64,000 nucleotides of DNA, from positions 20,956,001 through 21,020,000 of the forward strand of contig OX597821.1 of assembly GCA_951406725.2 (NCBI GenBank), given 5' to 3'. This document shows positions 52,451 through 64,000 of the stretch, one piece after another; within the stretch, counting starts at the first letter, position 1, and every line of letters starts with the position of its first letter. The position numbers and the translations under genes were made by a program. Origin of the DNA: Octopus vulgaris. Its lineage: Eukaryota. The notes below the pieces were generated by a model. The model made no database searches. It had not been told where the DNA came from and saw only the letters and a program-made list of their open reading frames with translations.

Positions 52451-53057
52451 TCCTTTTAGGTGAAGCATTGCAACCAGCTGGTTATAATAATCTATTATAT
52501 AAATTCTGTTCTGTCTATGTGTGTGTCTTCTAGGATCTCGGGAAACCGCCATCCGATTGCGCTCGTACCGACGGTTTTAGGGCGTGTATAAGTCTTCAAA
52601 TTAATTACAAACGTCGATTCCAGGTGAGAATGCGATCGATAAAGCCGTGGGAACGTGCATTTGTAGCGCAAGTACACCAGCTGTTGCGATCGATACTACG
52701 CGTACGCGAGAAAAATCCACGTGCAGTTTGTGCAAAAGGCCTGCTGGCTTGAAATAATGCCACAAAATACAGTATATTTAAGAGAGCAAAAAGTAAGATG
52801 CAAAAGAGATATTTTCTTCAAACTTGCCATGAAGGAAGGAAAGACTATTTGTTTTTTTTGTTTTTTTTGCCTTAACTTCGTTTAACAAAATCAAAAATGT
52901 TATTGAAATAAAAGCATGTTTAATTATTTTCAAAAGAAAACACTGATTCCTTTTTATTTAACAGATATGATTCAGAACCGTGTATTGGACGGGTGGGCGT
53001 TTTGTTCCTGATACACACACACACTCACACACACACACACACACACATACACACACA

Positions 53058-53145
<88 letters not shown>

Positions 53146-53305
53146 CGTCAGGCCCCTTTCAGTTTCAATCTACCAAGTCCAGGCGGCCCAAGCTTATAGT
53201 TGAAGATACTTGCCCGAATCTGCAAGTAATGGCATTGTATCTGGATCCATGTGGTTAGCAAGCAAGCTTCATCTCAAACAGACACGCCAGCAATATATAT
53301 ATATA

Positions 53306-53345
<40 letters not shown>

Positions 53346-54355
53346 TAAATTCTTCTAAATTGGTCACTTTAGAAGAAGAACACCTCCATTCTAACGGCTA
53401 TTTACTTGATTTTAACACTGTCTTGGCAGGCTTCCTACGTTCGCGAATCCCTTTATTTATGTACATTACCAACACATAAGGCACTTATAGGTTTGCTTCA
53501 AGTTATTATTTAGCATTATAAAAATATAGAGCCTACTGCTAGGGATTTCTTAGCTTAATGGTTCAGAGCACTCAGCCGGTTTGATTCGCAGTGCTTTTTC
53601 GAATTGTTTATTGCTTTTACCCGCTTTTCTGAGCTGTCCACACAGCTCTCCTGCATTCGCGTGTTCCTTTATGCAGAATATATATTTTTACCTATTACTT
53701 GTTTCATTTATTGGACAACGGTCATATCTGCGGCACCACCTTGAAGGGTTTAGTCAAACAAATCGAACCAAGTACACTTGTTTTAAAAAGCCTGGAACTT
53801 ACGCTATCAGTCACTTATTTCCGAAACGCTAAGGTGCGCAGACTTAAAAAAAGAACCCGGAGTGGAAGCAGTGGCTGGGGAGAAATGCAAACGAAATACG
53901 AATATATATATATATATATATATATATATGGGTGTAGACGTATGTTTTAGTGCTTAGAATATTGCAGACGTGATCGTAAAGTTGTAGTTGCGATTCCTGG
54001 ACGATAGGGAGAGGGATTTTGTTCTTAGGCAAAAAAAAGGAAACACTTTGTTTTATATTACTGCAGTACAAAGTGGTGATGATATACATGACACAGAATC
54101 CAGAAAACTTGTATTATGATGCTGATCATAGCGGCGATGATGATGATGATGATGATGACGACGACGACGACTATCATAATTTTGCGGTTGGGAATGTGAA
54201 CATTTTGGTCAATATTTTGTGTCTGCTTGTTGTGATTGCGGTGTGGTAATCGTAGTGATTTTGATGATGCGTATAGGAAGAAAGGGGTGATAAGTGAAGA
54301 AAACACGCCTCATATGTAAAAGCTTTATGCCTAAATACTGCGTGACGCTGATAAT

Positions 54356-54454
54356 CGTGGAGCTTTTAGGTGTGTTCGCCCAATAAACACTCACAACGCC
54401 CGGTCTGGGAATCGAAACCGCGAGTCTGCTGCCCTAACCACTAGGCCATTGCGC

Positions 54455-54458
<4 letters not shown>
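54356..54458 (-). mobile_element. SINE 5' end, inverted duplicate of 58926-59029
   Basis: About 105 nt identical to the reverse complement of the SINE on the other side of the PLE. Confidence 0.85.
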
Positions 54459-54514
<56 letters not shown>

Positions 54515-54518
<4 letters not shown>

Positions 54519-55859
54519 GTACACAGTGATTCCCCACAATGACGGTCTCCTAGCCCTCCAACACTTCCTCGACCGTCGTCCCGACCCCACCCCCAGCACC
54601 CCCACCCTTCTCCGTTTGGCTGAGCTCGTCCTCACCCTCAATTCCTTCACGTTCGCCGGGGAAACGTACCAACAGGTGTCCGGGGTCGCGATGGGAACTA
54701 GGATGGGCCCCAATTTCGCCAATCTCTTTCTTGGCTACATTGAGGCCCAAGTGTTCTCCCAGTTCTCTGGGCCGACCCCCGAACTATACGGTCGCTATAT
54801 CGACGACTGTGTAGGTGCCACCTCCCTTTCCCGGGAACTTCTCGGCCAATTCATCTCTTTCCTTTCCAACTTTCACCCCTCTCTTCAATTCACCTCCACC
54901 ATCTCCAACACCTCTGTCAACTTCCTTGACATCTCTCTCCGCATCGATCACCCCTCCAGCTCTCTCACCACCACCGCCTTCTTTAAACCTACGGATTCCC
55001 ACCTCTATCTCAACTTCTCTTCCTCCCACCCCTTCCACACCAAACGAGCCATCCCCTACTCCCAGTTCCTCCGCCTCCGACGTTTGTGCAGCCGCGACCA
55101 GGATTTCGAGACCCAATCTCAATACCTGGCCCGCATGTTCAGACTCCGAGGTTACCCACCCACACTCCTCTCTGATGCCCTCACCCGCGCCCGTCGCATC
55201 GACCGCACTACCGCCTTGTCTCCTTCCCCCCGCCCACCCCCCAACCGCACCCCCTTCCCCCTCCTTTTCCACCCCTCTACCCTACCCTTCGTCGCAAGAT
55301 ACTACGTGCCTTCCGTCGCCTCCAGCTTGATCCCACCACCCGCCCCATTTTCCCTAACCCACCCCTGTCCTCTTTCAAACGAGCCCGCAATCTGCGTGAC
55401 CTCCTGGTCCACAGCACCCTCTCCCCTTCCCCCTCAGCCCCACACGGATCATTCCCTTGCTCTAGATCCCGCTGCAACACTTTGCTCTTCATCACCAACA
55501 CCACCGCTGTCACCGGCTCCAACCTGCATACTGTACGCATTAGGCACTCTTTTACGTGCACCTCGTCTGGCCTTATTTACTGCATTAAATGCAACCTATG
55601 CGGGATGCTGTATGTAGGTCAGACGGGACGCCGGTTGTCCGACCGTTTCACTGAACACTTGAGGGACGTTCGCCTACACTCTTTTTCTCCCGTCGCACGC
55701 CACTTCCGCTCGGCCGGCCATTCCCGAGATGACATCTCAGTGTTTGGTCTCGCCCCCCACAATGGTCGCCCACTTTCCAGGCTCCACTTGGAGCAACGCT
55801 ACATCTTCACCCTACAAACTACCACCCCACACGGACTTGACACAGCCCCCTCCTCTTGA
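54515..55859 (+). pseudogene. PLE polyprotein (RT + GIY-YIG endonuclease), 5'-truncated, one frameshift near 55288
   Basis: LYTVIPH, GVAMGTRMGPNFANLF, RYIDD, VNFLDI, IPYSQFLRLRRLCS, RGYP; then in the shifted frame FKRARNLRDLLV, PCSRSRCNT, LIYCIKCNLCGMLYVGQTGRRLSDRFTEH, VARHF, PHGLD. Confidence 0.92.
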
Positions 55860-58756
55860 GACCGTTTTTTTTTTTTTTTTTTTTTCCGGACACACCACCC
55901 ACACACACCCACCCACCTACCTCCCACCCACCTACCTACCTCCCACACGCCTGTTCACACACACACATACGTAGACCCATCTACGTACATACATTCACAC
56001 ATTTAATCACACACACTTACAGACACACATGCACATACACACACACATACATACATACACACACGCATACATACTTACACACACACACACACACACAGAC
56101 ATACATACACACATACACACACACATACATACGCACATACATACACACACACTCACACACACACACCGCACGTACATACTTCACACACACACACATGCAC
56201 ACATACATGTAGGCACATACATACATACATACCCACACATGCACACCCGTACACTGAATGCACACACACATACACCTTTTTGCATCCAGGCAGCCCCCCT
56301 CTTTTCTGCTTTCCGGTTTTGGCTGATGGATCCTCGGTTCCCGCGTAGCGGGGCGTTCGAGGGCCTTTGCGCTCGTGCGCCTTGGCGCGCGCTGGGGGCT
56401 CGGTCGGCCCCTTTGGGCTTGCGTTGCACTGCTTGTGCGTTGTGTGCGTGAGCGCGCTTCGTGTGTGTGGGCTTGCTTCGGATGTGCGCTTGCGTATGTT
56501 TGCATACATACCCACACACTCGCATGCATCCCTACCCACATACATACACGCACACCTACTCACACACACACATACACACACACACATACCCGCACACACA
56601 CACACATACATACATACACACACATACCCACTTCAGACATACACACACACAGACATACACCCATACACCCACACTCACACGCATACACACACACACATAC
56701 ACACGCACACGTACACATACACACACACACACACCCACATACATACATTACACTTGTATACACACACACTTACATTCATACACACACACACCTACACAGC
56801 CATACCCTCACTCAGACACACACATCTACCTACACACACACAAACACACACTGACACACACCCATACATAGATACATCTACACACTCACGCCTACACACA
56901 TACATACACACATACATAAACACACACACATACACATACACACACATACGCACACACGCATATACTTATACACATGCACACACACACACATACATACATA
57001 CACCCATATACATACACACACACATACCTACATACTCCTATACGCACATACATACACACAGACATACACACATACACACTCACACAAACATACACACACA
57101 CATACTTACACACACACTCACCTGCACGCGCACACACATGCATGACAAACACTCAAACACTCATACACTCACACTCACATACGCACACACCAACATAAAC
57201 ACGCACACGCACACACACACCTACACTCCCACACACATACACACGCACCTACATACACACACGCGCGCATACACACGCATACACACATACATTACACACG
57301 TACACACACACCTACATACACATGCACACACACACACACACAAAACATGCACGGACACACCCAGACATACATACATACACCTATATACACACGCCTACAC
57401 ACCTACATACACACACATATACACACGCCCACACAGCTACATACACACACATACATACACACATACACGGACACACCCATACATACTTACATACATACAC
57501 CTATACACACACGCCTACACACCTACACACACACATGCACACACACACACATGTACGCACATACACACACATATACGCACACACATATATACCCACACAC
57601 ATGCACACACACACATATACGCACATACATGCACGCATGCACACGCGCACACCTACACGCATACACACACACACACGCACGTACACATACATACATACAC
57701 ACACGCATACATACACCCATACACATACATGCATCCTACACACACATACATACACACTCACACATACATACACACACACGCACTCACTCACACACCTGTA
57801 TGTTCGCGCACACACATGCACATACACACACTTCCCCACACCCACACGTACATACATACACACTCATACACACATACACACACACACACACACGGACATA
57901 CATCTATGCACACACATATATACACACATACTCACATACATTCATCGGACACACTGCCACCCAGACATACACACAGACACACTCACACATCCACACGCAC
58001 ACATACGTACGCGCACACTCGCAGGCTCGCGCACACACGCGTTTGCGCCGGTTCGCGCACGCATGCGCCCCGCATGCACCTCGCCCTTGGACCCGACGAG
58101 ACCTCCCGCTCGTTCCTGGGATGTCGCTTGTCGTTGGGTTTTCCCACGCCCGTCTCCGCGGGACCACTCTTCCATCTTCCCCTCCGCTGGAGTCCTTTTC
58201 CTAAACCCCCCTTTTTTTCGTTACACACACGCGCACACATATACACACATTGCTTAAACATATACATCACTCTTACACACATTCAATCTACTCGCCACTA
58301 ATACTACCACGACACTGGACACACACACACACTACTACTCAACACACGCTGGCACGCTACATACGCCCCCACCCCTTCCCCTCCCTCCCTTCCTCCTTCC
58401 TCCCTTTTCTCACTACTGACCTTTGTCTGCTATGCTGCTGCTATGCTGACCACCGTCTCGCCCTGCCTCACACGCCTACACACAGACGCACACACTAACA
58501 CATACATATATTTTTTGTTTTTTTACCTCGCCTCACACACACACATACACACACGCACACGCACACACTCACACATACACACACATCTGTTGCGTTACCA
58601 ACCTTGTCTCCACTCTTTTGCCTTTAAAAACCCACTTTGCTCTTGTTATCGTAAACATCCGCCTTTCACCATGTGCTACTCCTAACACCAGCCGTTTTTT
58701 TCTCTATCTCCGTTGCCCGCTCCGGGATCTTTCTTTCCTCTCTCTTCCTTCTTTAT

Positions 58757-58791
58757 GTTTCCGACGAAGAGCTCCGCTCGAAACGTCATAC
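58757..58791 (+). ncRNA. Minimal type I hammerhead in PLE terminal repeat
   Basis: GTTT-CCGACGA-A-GAGC-TCC-GCTC-GAAA-C-GTC-ATAC; palindromic stem III ACGT; one stem I mismatch. Confidence 0.75.
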
Positions 58792-58882
58792 CTCCCTGCT
58801 TCCATTTCCTGAGCGCCTATTAATAATAATACTGTAATTGTTCCATTGTTGTTGTTTTTTTGTTTCCCGTTTGGATTAAAAT

Positions 58883-58925
<43 letters not shown>

Positions 58926-59215
58926 AGAGGCGCAATGGCCTAGTGGTTAGGGCAGCAGACTCGCGGTTTCGATTCCCAGACCGGGCGTTGTGAGTGTTTA
59001 TTGGGCGAACACACCTAAAAGCTCCACGAGGCTCCGGCAGGGGGTGGTGATCCGTGCTCTACTCTTCCGCCACAACTTTCTCTCACTCTTTCTTCTGTTG
59101 GCCTGCTCGCTTAGCCAGCGGGGTGGCGTCATTCGAAGGCTAAAACAATGCGAACGCATTGTGACCAGCGATGTGTAACAACATCTGATGGTCTGGTCGG
59201 TCACGTGATCACGTG
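58926..59215 (+). mobile_element. tRNA-derived SINE
   Basis: A box TGGCCTAGTGG, B-box-like GTTTCGATTCCC, ends CACGTGATCACGTGA. Confidence 0.75.
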
Positions 59216-59220
59216 ATATG

Positions 59221-59261
<41 letters not shown>

Positions 59262-59310
59262 TGTGTGTATTTATATATTAATATATAATTACAAAGATAT
59301 AATTATAATA

Positions 59311-59446
59311 AAGGGTGCTGATAAACAATACCAAAACGCTAGAGATGAAAGCCAAATGGCGCTACAACCACATTTGCACTCCGATGAGCTTTCAGCACAA
59401 TTTGATGTCTGTCTTTAACATGTTCGTGTTGTTTATCAACACCCTG
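59311..59446. mobile_element. Tc1/mariner-type MITE
   Basis: TIRs AAGGGTGCTGATAAACAA / TTGTTTATCAACACCCTG with TA on both sides. Confidence 0.65.
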
Positions 59447-62400
59447 TATTATAATTATATCGTTATAATTATATATTAGTATTAATTGTTACCTAGATGG
59501 TTTTTATTGCATGCTGGCTATTTGAAAAAATCTTTATAATGTTTTTACCATTAATTATGCATAAATATATATACATATATATGTGTGTGTATATGTGTAT
59601 GTGTGCATGTATGCATATGCTTATGTACACAAATACTGTGGGGGTTGTATCTAAGAAGTACAACTCTATATAGAAGTTGCAGACCAATTCATTTAGGCCT
59701 TATCCCAGCTTTCGAAACATAGCGGAAAAGGTTTTTCACTTAAGTAAACAACAGTCCCACGTCGGTTCAATTTTGCAACATCAAATTTCTGGCACTTACT
59801 TTTTAATTTTATTAAGCAATGATAAATGAAATCCCTTATTTAAAAATAGAATGTACTTTCCAGTTCGAGAATCGAGCCATCAACTTCAGGATTGTGAATT
59901 AAACAGCAAAACTACTATGCCACAGTCATTGGTAATAAAAATCAAGAAATATCAGGCTGCCTAAACTGCCACCTGTACTTACAATACAATCATGTCCAAA
60001 TACACCAATACCAGCAACTTTTCTTTCGTCGTTATCGTATAATCCACCATCGTATTATTGTCTAGGCAGAGGTGGTTCTAAGTAGGCATTGTGTTTCTTA
60101 AATCGTGTTATGGCTGACAAAACACTAAAATCCCAATTCGTTGCCGAAAGCTGAAGAACATTGAGTTATTTAGAATAAGAAGGCATGACGGGAAAAATAA
60201 CTTTAATCCTCGGAAACCGACAGAAATCGAATAAACAGTTGTGATTACTGATGCATGTCGGGAAACTACTTCAGGCATCGCCGGAAGGGGGAAAATATAA
60301 TGCTTTGTGTTGGTGAGGCATGACGGGAAGACATGATGAGAGTGAAATAAGTTAAATATGGCATAAGATAGCTGCAAATATATTTGTATAGATTTGCTGT
60401 TTGCTACTGCTTTCGTCAGCATTCCTGCGTCTATTTTTCAATTTCGATAGTTTGTTATTTTTGCAACCATTATTATTGTTACCTCTATTGTTGTGATGAA
60501 TGCTTTCATTTATATATTTATTTATTTACCCATTTATTCATTCTTTTATGTATTTATTCATTGTAAATTTCTGTATAACCCTCATGCCATTTTTGATTGA
60601 GTGGAACTCACATCAGAGGCGTTGAGGCTATCATCGTATTGGAGTTGTTATTCTTGTCGGTAGAGGTTTTGCGCTTTTTTCGCTAAAATTTTAAATGAAG
60701 TTGTTTATATGCCAGAAAATTTGTTGAATGATTGATAGGTTCGCATCCTTCCAACATCAAGGCCAAAACCAATGTTTCCACGAACGGGTTCTTGATTCTC
60801 AAAGCTTTAATCTGAGCACCTTACGAAGTTTATTGAACCTCTTAGATATGACACTAAAATCTCTTTCAAAGCTCACACTACCATCTTAAAAAGGGAAAGA
60901 TACATTGAATAACGTGTTCAAAGTAACACAGTAACTTTAAAAATTAAGACGATTGCAGAGTCGCGTCTGCAAATCGTTGTCCGTAGGTTGGGTGTTTTTT
61001 AGGCCTAAGCAGAGGATAAATAAGATGTCATTTGCAGAAAATATAGAATCACTCTTTTGTTATAAGGATTAACAATACCAATAATAATATTCATCATTCG
61101 GGGTGAAGAATTTGTAGAATCTATCGAGATGTCTATATTGCCTTATTCGTACTAGTACTCATCACAGTGAGTTAAATCACGCACAGGTAATTTGGCACGA
61201 GAATTGCATGAAAGGCACAGGTGTCTCTAAAAACATTCGATGACTTCACGAGTAGAATTTCAGTTAATCAAACAACTGAATACTCAAATGACTGATCCAA
61301 ACTGATAATTCTCTAAATGCCGACTCCTGTGATGATCCAAAACATTGATGTCATTGAATACAACGTTAACAGGAAGAAATCAAATAACCTCAGTTGTCTT
61401 CGCGTGCTATATAAAAGTATGACGCAAGTATTTTTAAATATGTACAAAAATATGTACATGGGAATAGATAGTAAATAACTTCTCAGACAGATTGTAATAG
61501 CATAAACAATTTCTCTGATTCTCTTTTAAAATCCAAAACGAAGAGCTTCGAAAATGCACTTTTGTTCTCCATAAATATGTTACTATTTAACATGATGACA
61601 ACAGGCAATTATATTTCACGTCTTTCTTGATGCTGTACATGTAAGTCTCTGAATGTTTACGGAGCACTGGTACAGTTCATAATTAAACAGGAAACTGGGC
61701 GTTTTATAGCCAGGTAATTTACATGAATAGCAGTTAATTATATTTATATTTCAGTGTTAGGCTCAGGAAGATTTCACCTCAAAATATAAATAGAAAATAA
61801 ATATTCTCTATCTCTCTCTAAAACCGTAAAGAAATAATTATAAACATTATAAACATATGGAATAATCATACTAATATGGTCACACGTTTACGATGAGTGA
61901 TATATCAATGAAATCTTACCAAGCACCTCAAAGTTATATTTTATCCAGGGAGGAATGGTAGTATTTACATAGGATTGCAGCAGGAACGTAACTCAAAACA
62001 GGCGAAACAAATAGAGCAATAAGCTTGTCAGACGATTAACGAATCTAGCAAACCATTAAGTTTTATTGCAAAGCGATCTTTGTATTGTTTTCCCAGCCAA
62101 ACAGAAGCCAATAATATAATATCACCATAAAGTTAAAGCGATTTACCAATCACAAATCACAATACATTTAGAAGCGAAACATTAAATACGAAAGAAGCTC
62201 AAAAGACGAAATGATAATGCGCTCCATATTGCATATAACGGGTATTAGTTCAGATTAGACGGCTTTATGTGTGTGTCTGTGCGTGTGTGTATATGTGTGT
62301 TTGTGTGTCTGTGTGCGTGTATGTGTGTGTGTACATATAAATAATTGAAAAGTGGTTAAGTGACCATACATATGAAAAATTATGGCTAAAATGTAAATAA

Positions 62401-62467
62401 AATTGGAAAAGGCACAGAGATATATTTTAGAGAATGTTTAATCTTTTCGTTACAGTGAGTGATTTAA

Positions 62468-62506
62468 AATATAACCGGTTTCGACGTATCCATCTTATCA
62501 AACATT
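62468..62506 (-). ncRNA. Minimal type I hammerhead-like motif, U3-A8 core variant
   Basis: Minus strand AATGT-TTGATAA-GAT-ggatac-GTC-GAAA-CCGG-TT-ATATT; palindromic stem III ACCGGT; inside a microsatellite-flanked insert of about 62335-62575. Confidence 0.5.
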
Positions 62507-63175
62507 AAAAGGGATTTTTAGGGAAGTCAAAGAGAAAACAAATCAGGAGATAACAGAGTGAACCCATGTTTTAGCTGATATATATATATATATATATGTA
62601 TACATACAAACTTATATATACGTGTCGGTATATATATATATATATATATAATATATAATCAAAATAAGCAACAAGGATATACAAGGTAGTGTAGTACAAT
62701 CGTTTCCTGCTACTTTTTTTTATTAAACACTTTAAGTATTACATCAGTTTTAAAATGTCGAGCAATCTTCTGCCACATATAGAATTTTTTAATTAAATAG
62801 ACAATGTAATTGCCCCACGTCCAGAACTACTTACCTCCCTTATACAATATTTCTACTCAGGGACTAGTTAGAGCTAACAACGTTTGATAATCGGTGCGGA
62901 TTCAAAGCCAGTGAACAGCAAAGACGACATGGAATCTCTTGAACAATTCAAAATAAGGAATTTAATTACACTTAATTCTACCTCAGTTCATATAATTGTA
63001 TTTTTATCGTTACTTTTTATTAAAAAAAGCCTTTATATATATTATTTTGATATTCAATGTGCATTTTCGCTGTTTTTCTTCTCACTTTCTCGCATTTCCG
63101 TTCCACGTGTTTCTATTTACTTTTTGAAACATATTCCTATCATATATATATAACCAAGAAAAAAGAATGGATCGG

Positions 63176-64000
<825 letters not shown>

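Larger units (their letters stand above)
54515..58885 (+). mobile_element. 5'-truncated Neptune-type Penelope-like element with long CA-rich 3' region and HHR-bearing terminal repeat
   Basis: RT and GIY-YIG coding region 54515-55859, CA-rich tract 55890-58590, pLTR 58680-58885; (TA)n at both ends. Confidence 0.88.

Noticed and set aside
56367-58301. 644-aa His/Thr-rich ORF and overlapping ORFs
   Set aside because: Translation of a degenerate (CA)n tract that is open in several frames; no domain signal.
62695-62752. Minus-strand CTGATGT...GAAACGATTGTA
   Set aside because: Stems I and II do not pair convincingly.

Overview
AT-rich, microsatellite-saturated eukaryotic intergenic or intronic DNA. 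The repeat landscape suggests a coleoid cephalopod such as Octopus (inference). I can support no host protein-coding gene, and almost all listed ORFs are translated microsatellites. Recognisable content: four Dong/R4-clade LINE remnants in (TAA)n tracts, CR1-group LINE remnants, a mariner relic, a small MITE, several tRNA-type SINEs, and two Penelope-like elements (PLEs; RT + GIY-YIG with a Neptune-type Cys linker). The most notable signal is a dense set of short non-coding elements in (TA)n tracts, built as partial tandem and/or fold-back repeats, many carrying a hand-foldable type I hammerhead ribozyme (HHR). These include a 483-484-bp unit family (24.1-24.9 kb and 63.3-64.0 kb) with compensatory covariation and a long stem II, a 360-bp unit family (30.9-31.8 kb), a third family (28 kb and 32.9 kb), solo PLE terminal repeats, and core variants with a swapped 3-8 base pair (G3-C8, U3-A8). 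Together they look like retrozyme-like, PLE-mobilised ribozyme elements alongside candidate autonomous partners. All folds were done by eye and are untested.
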